A DNA stretch of 63,789 bases, counting the filler, from Reticulomyxa filosa (lineage: Eukaryota > Protista > Foraminifera), in assembly GCA_000512085.1 (NCBI GenBank). It is 28 parts of 28 records of this genome, joined end to end, with 100 filler letters (N's around TTAATTAATTAA, not from the genome) between each part and the next. Parts side by side here need not be neighbours in the genome. Positions count along the whole stretch, not along the records: positions 1 to 1,051 come from ASPP01007702.1; positions 1,152 to 3,894 come from ASPP01021836.1; positions 3,995 to 5,115 come from ASPP01029598.1; positions 5,216 to 6,749 come from ASPP01020226.1; positions 6,850 to 8,809 come from ASPP01020834.1; positions 8,910 to 12,238 come from ASPP01001429.1; positions 12,339 to 15,767 come from ASPP01013252.1; 21 more parts are not named here. One strand, given 5' to 3'. Within the stretch, counting starts at the first letter, position 1; every line of letters begins with the position of its first letter. The notes under the pieces were generated by a model, which was given only the letters and a program-made list of their open reading frames with translations, did no database searches and was not told the origin of the DNA. Of the stretch, positions 1-12,613 are shown one piece after another. A program made the position numbers and the translations under genes.

Positions 1-125
1 TAATAACAATGTAATGATGTTGACTTGAAGAATGAAGTTGAAAAATTATCATTTTGTACAATAATTATTAATTTGGAGATACCATTAGTATAAATTATGA
101 GCTGATCATTTGGAGTAAACGATAT

Positions 126-637
126 GCAAATAAGTTGACAAATAAAACGTAACATTATATAGATAATTGATTTTCTTCATGAAAAAACAACATTCATATA
201 TAATTTTTTTAAATCTATACAAATAGTGTATTTTTTAAATATCATTTTGATTTTTTATTATGTATTTACTAATTATTTCAACATTTCGTCCTTTTTTTTT
301 AGCTCAGTATAGTTCGATATATGTGTTTTAAAATTATTTTTATTTTTTTTGAAAATGATTACCATTTAACACTTTCTGAAAATACTTTAAAAAAAGTTGT
401 CAAATTTCATTGTTACTACAAAGTCAAGATTGTTAACTTTTTCTTGAAAATGTTCAAAAATTAATAAAATATTCAAATTTTTTAAACAATAGTAAATATT
501 TAATAAAAAACCAAAATGATATTTAAAAACTACACTATTTGTAGATATTTTTAAAAAAATTAGGTCTAAATGTTGTTTTTCATAAAGAAAATCAATCATA
601 TCTATAAAGTACCGTTTCAGGTATCAACTTTATTTTG
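126..637. repeat. Long imperfect inverted repeat (foldback/MITE-like), arms ~126-272 and ~489-637
   Basis: Left arm ATTGATTTTCTTCATGAAAAAACAACATT...ACAAATAGTGTATTTTTTAAATATCATTTTGATTTTTTATTA matches the reverse complement of the right arm, ATTGATTTTCTTTATGAAAAACAACATT...ACAAATAGTGTAGTTTTTAAATATCATTTTGGTTTTTTATTA. Confidence 0.8.
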
Positions 638-1051
638 AATTCTACTGTACATTTGAATGTATTGCAACACAAATTTGATCTGAATAATATTATTGTCCTT
701 TATTTACTTGTTTTATTTGGAAATGCTTATGTACCACTGACATAGAGCATTTGCAAATGGCAGCAGACACACTTTATTAAGGCAAGTTATACAACAAAGT
801 TTAAACTATTGCAAAATGAAACTTGGTAATCTAATATTTATGTGCAAGGCATTCCAAATTTAACATTAAACTTGATTTTATTAATTTTGGCTTGCAACAC
901 AAATGCTATGGTAGCAATTTTTTTTTAACGCTTTTTTGAAACTTATTTTCTTGTTTACAACAAAAGCATAAACTTTTAAAATGTTATATTGCCTACAACA
1001 ATTTAACAAAGTGACCAAAGGTAAAAGTTCTCACACAGAAAGTTTCGCTTT

Positions 1052-1151
1052 NNNNNNNNNNNNNNNNNNNNNNNNNNNNNNNNNNNNNNNNNNNNTTAAT
1101 TAATTAANNNNNNNNNNNNNNNNNNNNNNNNNNNNNNNNNNNNNNNNNNNN
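1052..1151. other. Artificial contig linker N44-TTAATTAATTAA-N44 (first of 27)
   Basis: Identical 100-nt spacer with stops in all six frames. Copies start at 1052, 3895, 5116, 6750, 8810, 12239, 15768, 22940, 24057, 25310, 27236, 28835, 31485, 33153, 35467, 37120, 41001, 42397, 43943, 45087, 46902, 52454, 55563, 57656, 59427, 61373 and 62476. Confidence 0.99.
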
Positions 1152-1164
1152 AAAAAAAAAATGT

Positions 1165-1235
1165 AATCTGTGGTCAGGATTCGAACCTGCAGTGTACTCG
1201 ATTCCGAGTCGCCTCTCCGTTGAGGCCACACAGAC
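1165..1235 (-). tRNA. tRNA-like gene or pseudogene (Arg-like body) with a 4-nt loop in place of the anticodon loop
   Basis: GTCTGTG-TG-GCCT CAACGGAG AGGC-G-ACTCG GAAT CGAGT-ACACT-GCAGG TTCGAAT CCTG(A)C-CACAGAT. Has a 7-bp acceptor stem, D arm, B-box GGTTCGAATCC and a downstream T-run. Confidence 0.75.
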
Positions 1236-1932
1236 AATATTTTTTGAACTTATATAATGTCAAATCTTAAGATGCTACATATCAATAATTATCTTTATTT
1301 TTTTTTTGTGAAAATTAAAATTTTATTTAAAAAAAGGAAAAGCATTGACAGTTTCAAAAGATAAAAGGATATTGGCTATAGGGTACAGTTCAAGCTATGA
1401 AATGATAATACATAAATAAATACACAGCAAACCGCTCCAACTTTCTCCTCTTTCAGCTTTAGCTAAATATCCCCCAAGGGACCTAATTTTTTTTGTTCGT
1501 TTTTTGATAATTTTTTTTTTGATGACACAACGGATGCCAGAAATTATGCGTTCAAACATTTCGTATCGGCGCCCACCAGCTCCCACTCCAAATGTCACAG
1601 GGCCAACTTCTGGTTTGCCAGACAAGCCAAAAGTTGAGCAGTTTTGCTTTTCCGAAACACTCTGTCCAGTATGTATTCTCCGTACGACTGGAGTATATTT
1701 GTGATACATGATATAACTAAAAAGATAGAAAAGGGGGAGGAGAGGTGGTATATATGTTTCCTTTTTTTTTTTTTTTTTAACTTTGGATTAATAAAAACGA
1801 TTGCAATTTTAAATTGAGTAGATCGAGAGAGAGGGGGGGGGGGAGGACTTTCTTTCCAAAAAAAAAAAAGAGGCTCTCAAAAACAAAACCAAACAAAATA
1901 AATAAATATTGCAAACAGGGGACAAGAACGCA

Positions 1933-2121
1933 ATGTACAAAGTGCTGTTGAGTTTGTTTGGTATCTTTGTATTGCTGATGGTGATGTTTGAATCGTATCA
2001 CATAAAGAATGCGAGCGAAGGCGACCCATTGCCTCCGATTCAATTGAAGAACAGTCACTTGCTGTCGAAGCCACGCAATGGGCAAATCATAGCTAATAAC
2101 AATAACAATAATAATAATAAC

Positions 2122-2162
<41 letters not shown>

Positions 2163-2656
2163 TAATAATAATAATAACCGTAAGACGATCGAAGAGAGAG
2201 CAATAAAAGCAAAGAAACAGAGAAAGTACCCACCACCACTGGGCGCATGGAAAAGGATCGAAAGATCTGACCTCGCATTTTGGAAGGAAGTGGATCATTT
2301 AACGCAGCTGCCAAGCGCAGACTCGTCGGGCTTGATGTACGTGATGAACGCCATCTTGGTGCCCAAGTCGGACATGTTGACGATCTTTGCCCTGACAAAA
2401 GAGTACCTTCGACCCGATCACGGACTGCACGCTTGGCCAAACGGGCAAGGCGGGCCTTTGTATCGCAACTTGCCGCAAACCATTTTGGAAATCGAAAAGC
2501 CAAGCCAAGCCATTCATCCACCACTTTATTGCGTCTTTGCCGGTCGGCCGAGTACTTTCACAGCCCATGGGCCCGACATTTATTTCGTATCAAAGGTGTG
2601 TGTTTTTTAAATAGAAATAGAAATATAAATATAAATCTATTTCATACACAAATCAA

Positions 2657-2687
<31 letters not shown>

Positions 2688-3823
2688 ATTAAAAAAGGTA
2701 GATTACGTTCCAAATTGGACAACTCGAGATCGATATGTGAATCTCGCCAGCTCGATACTGCGATGCCAAGTGCCGATGGACCAAATGGCGCACGTGGACT
2801 TTTCCAACGCGTACAGCAATCTGACGGTGATATTGACACAAAGGGTGGAGCAGTTGGGCGTGGATATCGACGCGGATATGGATGGGGATGGTGCAAGTGT
2901 GTCTGAAGGTCAAAAGGCCAATCAAACGCATGGACATGTGCATCGCAATGGAACATCGTCGTCATCATCAATGGGACCTAAAGTGCATGTTGGAATCACT
3001 GTCAACGTCGGCATGCGCAGCGGCATCCCTTTCATAACGAAGGATAGTCCGTATCTGTGGAACAGCGAACTTGGCGAGAGAGAACTCACGCTGTGTATGC
3101 CCCCGATCAGCGAGCCGCTGCCATTCATTGCCGAAAACATTGCACACCACTTGAACATGGGTATTGAGCACATTTACATTGGCACGCATTTCCCATTGCA
3201 CAAAGTCCATGAGTATATGAGCAGGTTCATAACCTTTTTTTTTTTTTAACTTTACATTTTGATAGAAAGAAAGAGAGAGAAAGAGAGAGTGAGAGAGAGG
3301 AATGATTATCTTTCTCACTTAAAAACAACAAATAGATTAATCGCAAGGATAAAACCTTGGCTGAATGAAGGCAAAGTGACCATATGGCCGCACGAACAGA
3401 ATGGGCTGGAATTCACCGACAAAGCGAAAGACCATTGGCTGAATCAATGTCTATACTACGTAAAGGACCGAGATCGATACACACTATCCTTGGACGCCGA
3501 CGAGTTTGCACTCGTGTACGCGTTTGAAAAGCAACCATCTGCTCCGCTGTTCCCCTTGCGCAACTTGCTCCATCAGCGCAAGGACAAAAGCGAATACTGC
3601 TGGCTGTCTTTTGCAAGCTTCCAGGTCTGGAAGCTGTGGAACTCCCGCGCCACTCTCATGACCGATCGCTTCACCGGAAGAGAACAAGACTCGCAATACA
3701 CCTGGAGCAAAGTCATCTGGAACAATGACGTCTTATGGTATACCGGATATCATGCCGGAGGGGCCTGTACTGCACAAGATCACGATTGGACACAAGTCGT
3801 CAATGATTGGAGAGAATTTATTG
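1933..3823 (+). CDS. Type II membrane glycosyltransferase, GT-A fold (GT92/DUF23-like); 3'-truncated, exons 1933-2595, 2698-3224, 3336-~3823
   Basis: N-terminal anchor MYKVLLSLFGIFVLLMVMF, poly-Asn stem, LTLCMPP...FIAENIAHHLNMGIEHIYI, NQCLYY...LSLDADEF (DxD), SKVIWN. GT-AG splicing joins the frames. Confidence 0.7.
2095..2178 (+). repeat. (AAT/AAC)n microsatellite encoding poly-Asn
   Basis: Read directly from the sequence. Confidence 0.95.
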
Positions 3824-3858
3824 GTTAAATAAATATATATATATATATATATAAATAC

Positions 3859-3894
<36 letters not shown>

Positions 3895-4095
3895 NNNNNN
3901 NNNNNNNNNNNNNNNNNNNNNNNNNNNNNNNNNNNNNNTTAATTAATTAANNNNNNNNNNNNNNNNNNNNNNNNNNNNNNNNNNNNNNNNNNNNAAAAAA
4001 AGCAATGGTAAAAAAAGTACCAGTATAGTAAATAAGCGTGTCTTAACACATAACAATATCTTAAAAGTCAATAAATATTAGAGTATCAGTCAACT

Positions 4096-4882
4096 TTAAA
4101 AATTTTGATTTAAGAGAAGCAGTTTCTCCACATAAGGAAGAGTTAGGGCAATAGATTGGCTTTTGGCAAATATTTGTACGAGTATATTACTCCATTTCAC
4201 TGAGTTTTGTTTGAAGTCAGAATGATGACTATTGGTGGTGAGTGAAGGAATACCAACATCATCAACAGTAATGACAAAACTCCAGGAATCATTAAAGACC
4301 ATAAATTTATCGACCTCTTTGAATGAAAGAGAAGCACGTGCGTTTGCAACACTGAACGAATGAATGACAAGTTCAGAAAGCAGTTGGTTTAAACACTTCC
4401 ATTTTCTAATGAAATACAATATAGCACAATATTTGGAACATTAAAAAATTGTGGGAGCAAAAGAATCTGTTCCACCCACACTCCATTTCCGAATGTCTCA
4501 TCAAAATTTATTTTGAGATCTTCAGACGTTGGTATTTGTGAAGGACAAGTCATTTTGACATGACTAAGCAACATACTTATTTGACACTTTTGTGAGCTCG
4601 TTGGAACTGTTCAGGTCCCATATAAATAATACTATGAATTGGGGAATTTCTCCATTTTTTGAACCTATGGTGATGTTGTTTCCTTCTTCGAAAATATCCA
4701 TATTCATCGCTAAGGCCATGTCCTTCAATTCGTATTTATTTAATGGAAGTTCTTTTTTATTTTCATTATAACACAACGAGAGTTGATGCTTTCATCTGAC
4801 ATTCCATAATTATATTGCGAAATTCTTTAATTTCTTGTTTCACTTGCGCCGGGTCTTCGCATGTACATTTTCGCACAAAGAT
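4096..4882 (-). pseudogene. Frameshifted hypothetical gene
   Basis: Three overlapping protein-like ORFs (4564-4776, 4389-4574, 4096-4419) in successive frames with no introns evident. No family recognised. Confidence 0.35.
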
Positions 4883-5215
4883 CTATTTCAATAAAAACAA
4901 ATTATTTTAAACAATCACACAAAATATAAAAAAATGTAGGATGTTCCAAAAGGAGGAAAAAGCATCACTACTAGTGGAGTGTTGCTTTTGAAACCGAATT
5001 GGAAAAATAAAATTTATTAATCTAGTGCCGTTTTAGTATCTGTATTTTATCTGATGAAAGAAAATGCAGGTCGAAGTTGGCACAGATCAAAAACAAACAC
5101 AACAAACTTAACTAANNNNNNNNNNNNNNNNNNNNNNNNNNNNNNNNNNNNNNNNNNNNTTAATTAATTAANNNNNNNNNNNNNNNNNNNNNNNNNNNNN
5201 NNNNNNNNNNNNNNN

Positions 5216-5266
<51 letters not shown>

Positions 5267-5810
5267 GCCATTTGCATTTACATTTACATTTGCATTCGTA
5301 CTTGAATTCAGGTTTCCATCGACGTGATCACTTTCCTCGTGATCCTCGGCCTCTTCCAAAATTACATCTGTGTGCAGTCGATTGCTATCCCAATTCATTC
5401 CTCCCATTTTCCCCATTTCCAATATGTCCGGCGCACTCGGAAGTCTGCCTTTTTTTTGCATTGTGTCCCTTTCCGCTACTTTCTCGACCGGGTTGTGCGC
5501 TAACACCACTGTACTTTCTGCGTCCGATGCTTGCTTTTCCTCCATCTCGTTGGTCTCGTCTTCCAATGGAGTGATCACTAAGGTGGGGTCACTTGCTATT
5601 GGCTGCATCGGCGCCAGATTCGACAATAAATGAGATGTCGCTGGATTCCCTCCCATTGTCTTTACTACGTTTTCGTGGAACGACGATGCGGCTGAAAGAA
5701 TCAGACGTGCACGACGACGAAAAAACAACCGCGAGTCACGCTCAAACTTTACTATGCTGAAAATTAAAAGTAGGATTGATACTGCAAACAGCACCAAATG
5801 GATGCTTTGT
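5216..5810 (-). CDS. Hypothetical membrane protein fragment with Asn-rich cytoplasmic region
   Basis: Hydrophobic segment VLFAVSILLLIFSIV followed by a basic stretch and a long open frame running to the contig end. Confidence 0.5.
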
Positions 5811-6849
5811 TGTGAATCCCATACTATTCACACATGCAACAAGTAGTGAACGGGTATGTGTGTAGTAGATTATTTATTTATTTATTTTCATGTCCTTTCT
5901 CCAAAAGAATCAAAAATACCAACCTACGATTTCAGCGTTTATCATTTGCACATATATTACGGGGGATAAAAAAAAAAACCTTCCCTGATTTTCGGCCTGC
6001 TTTCAACTTTTTTGGTCTAAAAAAAAATATTGACGACGCAACAATCGAAGTGAGTAAAATCAATAAATGAAGAATTGTGTTTATCAAAATAACCGATAGC
6101 ACTGGCGATGATATTAAAATATATGCACGTTTTCAATTACATAACAACATATTTTGGAATGTGTGAAGCAAGTTCTAAATTATTATAAATATCCAAATAA
6201 ATTTGATAAATTAATTATTTAATTACTTGAAGGAATTAAACAATTTTAAAGTTATATTCAATATCTTTAAGTTAACATTGTATGTGTGATATTTTTTTGT
6301 AAAACTATTGTATTTAGTTTGTATTTCAAAATATCATTGATTATGCATATTTTAATTGAAATTTGTCCAATTACAGTGACAATTCACTAAAATAAAGTTA
6401 ATTAAATAATTTTTTTTTACAAAATATGTTATTACAAATTTTTAAATTGAATAGACTGACTTCTATAATAAATAAATTTTGTATGAATTTTGTAATTGGC
6501 ATCGTCAATATGCATATTTTTTTGCAATTTTCAGACATGTTTTTTCAGGTCATTTAATTTTGTGTGTGCTTTTCTTTTAAAAAAATATTTTACAATATTT
6601 TTTGTATGTGTATTTCGCTTTGATTACTTGTTATTTAGTTTTATTTTTGTTTTTGATTACTTTTTTCGTCTGCCCTTTTGATTGAGTCAGAAAGGTTAGA
6701 GGAGTCAAGCGTTGCAGAAAGTCCAGCACTTGTCGAACGCACCAAATCCNNNNNNNNNNNNNNNNNNNNNNNNNNNNNNNNNNNNNNNNNNNNTTAATTA
6801 ATTAANNNNNNNNNNNNNNNNNNNNNNNNNNNNNNNNNNNNNNNNNNNN

Positions 6850-8040
6850 CGCAAATGGAATTTATGAATGTAATAAACGCCAATGCCTTGCGAGAAAGGT
6901 CGAGCGTGGAGGAGATGAAAGGAGTGATCGGAGAGCCATTGGGAATACTAAACATGCAAGAAAGAGAGAAGACACGAGCACTGATGAGTCCAGGGAAGAC
7001 GGGCGGACGAGGCGACCTCACAGTGAGTGCGGCAGTGGCTGTTCCTGTGTCCATTGCCACTTCAATAGGCAGCATGGCGATCAAGCCACTTGGCGCCGAC
7101 GACACCATACAAATACTGTCGTCCACATTGGCCGAGCCTCCAACGCCTTTGAATGTTAAGTTGTTCTTGGATCATCATCACGAGTTTCTCGTCACTAGTG
7201 CCATTCAAGAATGTCAACAAGCAGTATGTCTTTTTATATATATATATATAAATTATTTCCTTTCCTCCTTCTCTCCCCCCCCCCTTTTTTTTTTTTTGAT
7301 TTAATAAATATTAATGTGTATCTGAACGAAAGAGTGAAAAGACTATTCGTCAAAAGTATGGAAATCCAATGGAAGAGCGCTGGCTGTCCACTCAACAAAA
7401 ACTTATCAAGTTTTTAAAACCAAAACCACTCGGCGCTGATGGACGTCCCACCTCCCGTGCAGTGCTCCGACCTTCAGTTTTTTTTTCCCTGCATGCGTGC
7501 ATGCTTACATCTTGCACTTTCGTTCTTTTCTTGCACGTTCGATAACATAACTATACATATATGCATATACATGCATTGCATGCAGCTGCTGAACTTTTCT
7601 CGATTTCAAGTGGGAAGAGAAGAAGATGAAGATGATGAAGATGATGACGAAGATGACGAAGAAGAGGAAGACGAAGACGAAGACGAAGACGAAGAAGAAG
7701 AAGAAGAAGAAGAAAACGAAGAAAAGAAAATTGTGGATATGGATGAGAAAGGCAAGATGTCGGAGAAGAAGGAAGAAAGAAGTATGTTGAGCAGGAAAAA
7801 CGAAAGCGTGTTTGTTGACAAATCCGGAATGGACAAATCATTTGTGCAAAAAGTGAACTTGGACGACCGCGATATCGCCTTTGCCAATGTCATTGTCGAC
7901 ATATGTTGTGACAAATGCGCACTGGAATCGCCACTCCAAGTCACCTCTTCGCCTTCCATCTTTGCCCGTTTGGCACATCTTCAACATCGACTCCTCAACC
8001 AACAAACACTCACTACTTCAATGTGTGCGTGTATTACACA

Positions 8041-8082
<42 letters not shown>

Positions 8083-8710
8083 GTATATATATATGTATAC
8101 ATATGCATATATGTATAATGCATATACATAACATCTCATATGCACACATTGTTTTTTTAAAAAAAAAAAAAAGATGATAATATGATAGACCTACGAAGGT
8201 AAGACCCTTTGCGATCTATGGACTTGTGGTCTATTTTTGATACACGAGAGATATGAAGAAGAAAAAGGAAAGGAACAAGAAAATTCGGTGATGCAAATCG
8301 ATCAAAAGCCCAACAAAATACGCCCTTACGAGTTTTACTCTGCTTATTGCGGCGGCGGTGGTAGTGACAGTGATGATGCGTTGGCGCTCGGGTTGGAACG
8401 ATATCTTGTGATAGGCAGTCTTGGCCATCACCACTATGTGTTCCGAGAGCGAATGATCGAGGAAGTGCACTCTGCGCTCGTGGAGAGTGTCCAGATGAGC
8501 GAGATTCGAGCCACATTTTCAAACGAACGTTTGGTGTGTGAGTTTGTTCAACACCGAATGAAAAGTGATACGTTTGCCAGTCTCAATCTCCCCTCTATTG
8601 TCTCTCTGTTCCAATACCAATTGCCTTTGTTCCCCTTGATCTATTATGCCATTCGTATTGGAGACTTTTCTTTGGCCATTCATTTTTCTTCGCTCACTGC
8701 TATTGAACGT
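6850..8710 (+). CDS. NUP93: Nucleoporin Nup93/Nic96-like, N-terminal portion, multi-exon, partial
   Basis: FLDHHHEFLVTSAIQECQQ resembles the Nic96 N-terminal helix, and PLFPLIYYAIRIGDFSLA resembles Nup93 PVWALIYYCMRCGDLLAA. Carries an acidic insert at 7617-7720. Confidence 0.55.
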
Positions 8711-10975
8711 ATTTTTTTTTTTTTTTTTTAAATGGGATACCCCCTTGTGACTCTCTCTCTTTCTTTCTGTCTTCATAACATATATTTCTATATATATGTA
8801 TGTATGTGTNNNNNNNNNNNNNNNNNNNNNNNNNNNNNNNNNNNNNNNNNNNNTTAATTAATTAANNNNNNNNNNNNNNNNNNNNNNNNNNNNNNNNNNN
8901 NNNNNNNNNACTGTAGGATACTGACTTTTAAATAAAGTCATTCTATGTTTGTGGGTTTTCTGCTGCTGAAAGAGGTGCGCAAACTGTAATACGAAAGATT
9001 TTCGCTCTTTTGAGCAATTTAAAACAAAAGAGTAAAAATAAAATAAAAGAGAAACAAATAACAAGATTCAACAAGTGAAAGAGGAAAGGCAAGTCGTGAA
9101 AGTGAGTAGTGTGTTGTTAGAATAAAGGGTTCCAAAGTTCACTTGGGTTTTGCGAGAATTGCTTACTACGACATATCATGAGTACTACATGTTAAAAAAT
9201 ATTTTAAAAAAATTTTTCAGATTGTAAAATGAAAAAATTGTTTATCACTTTGTTCGCTTTCATTCGATGTCTGTAATAGCTTGCATTTGTTTTGGCATTG
9301 ATTCAATTAAGCTTTTGCATATGTCTTCTTCTACTTTTTTACATTTTAAAAAATTTTCTATGTTGTTGCGATGTTTTTATTTGATCAAATTTGTAAAGTT
9401 TTGCTTTGATTGTATTGAACTTAATTACGTTCATTTTGTTTTATTCAATCTATTTATTTGCTGCTTTGCATTTGTGACGTTTTGCGCTATCTTATAAAGA
9501 CATCAATTTATATTATTATATAACCAATATGTAATATTTTTTAGCATTTCATCATATGATATTTCTTTATAAATTATGCCATTAACGCTTCATTCAATTT
9601 TGCAAGAATGTCAGCACCTTTATCACCAAAACACATACTATTATGCTATACCCAATAAAATTAAATCGCTTTGCTGTACATTCTTCAGTTAGTTTTGGCT
9701 TTATCTTTTTTAATCGTATATAACACATTTAACTTCAAGTCTTGTTTATTATCAAATAAAAAATTATGATTTCACTTTCTGTGCTAATAGTCTTTTCAAA
9801 TCTTTCATCATAACGATGCAATATTAAATCTTATTACATCATAAGTTCAAATACAAAAAAAATATCTTAATAAAGTAGCATTTTGGATGTCCTGTTTTTT
9901 TTGCAAACTACTGTAGCTCAAAGAAGAACTTGTAAAGCAAGTCCATACTGTAGATGGTTGAACTCTGAAATCTTTGAGCCTCATTGGGCTAAACTTCTTC
10001 ACCAACTTTCTTCAATTCTTGTTTTGTTTTCTTTCTTTATTGTGTTATTATCTTTTATTCGTTAATTCACTATTGTTTTATCGAAAGCAGCTTTCTTCGA
10101 GTAGAAAAACTTTTTGTATTACATTTAGTGCAGCCAACGTCCCACAAACTCTTTTGCTAATTTGTAAATCAATTTCAAATTTACATTCAATATATTAATT
10201 CTTTTCCCAAACATTGAAAATAACACAATTGGATTTAATAAAATACGAAAGATTGATAATGACAAACTTACGACATGCTTCTTTTCATAATGGTGGAATT
10301 CAAAAGTATGTCTAATTACAATTCAAAACATTTAACAAAGTACATCCCAAGGAACTCTTTGTTTTTAAAAAATTCATTTTTCACTGATTGAAGTTCAAAG
10401 AACAGTTGTTTCTGAGCAATTTTCTTCTGCCACAAGATCAATTCGGTAAAAGAAATGTTTTTTTTTACATTTATCGAATTCATCAATACAAACACAAAAT
10501 AAATCCATGATGGACACATCAAAAAAGATACAAAAAATTTAAAAATTTGTATTGAATAAAAAACAAACGATATTTTAAAATAACATTGCTTGTAGACCTT
10601 TTAAAAAATTTGATTAAATATTATTTTTTATGAGAAGTCAATTGTTTATAATGAAGTATTATCAGTTTATTTTTTATTCTACTGTACAATCAAATTTCCT
10701 TGTTATCACTTCCAAACCTTTTTTCAAGATTGTCCATGATTAAAAGGAAAAAAATATTTATTTGTGGTATAAATAACAATTTAACCAAAAAGCTTAGCAA
10801 GTTTTTCAACAGAAGCTTGTCTTTATGAAATAATACGATGCCTTGTTTCTATCAATTGAATACAAAGCGAAAAAAAATGGCTTATTTTTTCATTTTTAAA
10901 AAAAAAATTGAAATTGAATATAGCTTTACAATGGGTTGTTTTGTACAGAACAAATACTTAAAGAAATGATGTAGA

Positions 10976-12168
10976 TTATCCCCAGATTCGAATAGTGCCA
11001 TCTAAAGACCATGACACAATATTCTTTCCATCGGAAGAAAATTGTACTCCACGTACAATATTTGCATGTCCTTCCAATTTTTGGAGTTCTTTCCCTGCTA
11101 CTACATCCCACAATCGAATCGTTTTGTCGTTTGAGCTGGACACAACAATCCGACCATTTAGTGAAAATTGCACTTTTGTCACTGAATCCGTGTGTCCTTG
11201 CAATATTTTGGTTGTTTTTCCTGATTTTACATCCCATAATCGGATGGTTTTGTCATCCGAACCCGAAACAATACTGCGACCATCTGGTGAGAATTGTGCT
11301 GAATTTATACAATCTAAATGTCCTTGCAATACTTTCACTTCTTTTTTAGATACTATATCCCACAATCGAATTGTTTTATCATTTGAACAAGATAAAATAG
11401 TGCAGCCATCCAATGAAAATTGTGCTTCCGTTACACCCCTTGTATGTCCTGTGAATTTATCATATACCTTCGATGATAAATCCCAGATTCGAATTGTTTT
11501 ATCATTAGATGATGATACAATCAATTGATAGTTTGGCGAAAAATTAATTGCTGTTACCATATCAAAGTGTCCTATAAAGCTGCCCAATTTTGTTCCTGAC
11601 GTCAGATTCCACATCGCAACACTATTATCCCATAGAAATAATAAAATAAGGCTTCCATCGGGTGAAAGCTGCAGCCCTGTCGCAACAGGTGAATTAAATT
11701 CCATTTTTCGCAATTCTTTCCCTGTCTCGATATCCCATAGCTGAATTGTTCCATTTCCACAACACGATACCAGCGCACTATTGTCAGGCAAAAATTGTGC
11801 ACCTGCCACAAAAGGCGTTTTTCCATTTATTATCTTTAGTTCTTTGAAAAAGATTACCTTTTTGTTTTTGTTCAAATTACAAAAAAAAAAGTCCTAATAA
11901 ATAAAATTGAAAAATGCGACTTAACATAAGTTGCAATAATATGATTAAAGTCTTCAATCCATCCCCAATAAATATCATTTGTTTGAATCCAGTATTCTAC
12001 AATTAATTTGATTTCTTCATTGGTCTATTGTTGAATTTCATTTATTTGAACAAGCGAGAGTAAAACCATGACTTGAACTAGCACGAGCCACTAACAGTTT
12101 AGAGTAATTACCAGGTGTAGTAATGGTATAATTTGTCCGACATTCGTCTTGTCAGTATTATTTTTCAT
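10976..12168 (-). CDS. WD40-repeat protein; exons 12168-12112, ~12024-11925, 11858-10976
   Basis: About 7 GH...FSPDG..IVSxSxDKTIRLWD repeats. Upstream exons splice in frame: MKNNTDKTNVGQIIPLLHL / TNEEIKLIVEYWIQTNDIYWGWIEDFNHIIATY. Confidence 0.92.
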
Positions 12169-12613
12169 TTGATTAACGCGTTCATGGCCCCTATACATGG
12201 CTAGTGCTGATTATTCAAGAATTTTGTTCTTTTCCTTTNNNNNNNNNNNNNNNNNNNNNNNNNNNNNNNNNNNNNNNNNNNNTTAATTAATTAANNNNNN
12301 NNNNNNNNNNNNNNNNNNNNNNNNNNNNNNNNNNNNNNAAAAAAAAAAAAAATTCAGTTTAGTTGCAACGCTGGCTTTTTTGTGTTATCGGACTTACTTC
12401 CACTTTTTTTTATTTCCTCCTAAAAAATTGCAAAAAGGAGGAGATGGACACAGCGAGAGGGTGGAGACAGCGGAAAGAAAAGTAAAAAAAAAGGATTTTC
12501 TTCATTTCTTCCTTTATGCACTTGATCATAATGGTATACGCACAAACGAAGCATATCCAAAAAAAAAAAAAAGTTAATTTTGCACTTTCTTTATTCGGAA
12601 TAATAAAAAAAAA

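Noticed and set aside
1777-2524. Minus-strand poly-Ile/poly-Tyr ORFs and other antisense ORFs
   Set aside because: They are shadows of the AAT microsatellite and of real genes on the opposite strand.
9590-9670. LRR remnant (FGDKGADILA, minus strand)
   Set aside because: A single short match with no sustained frame.
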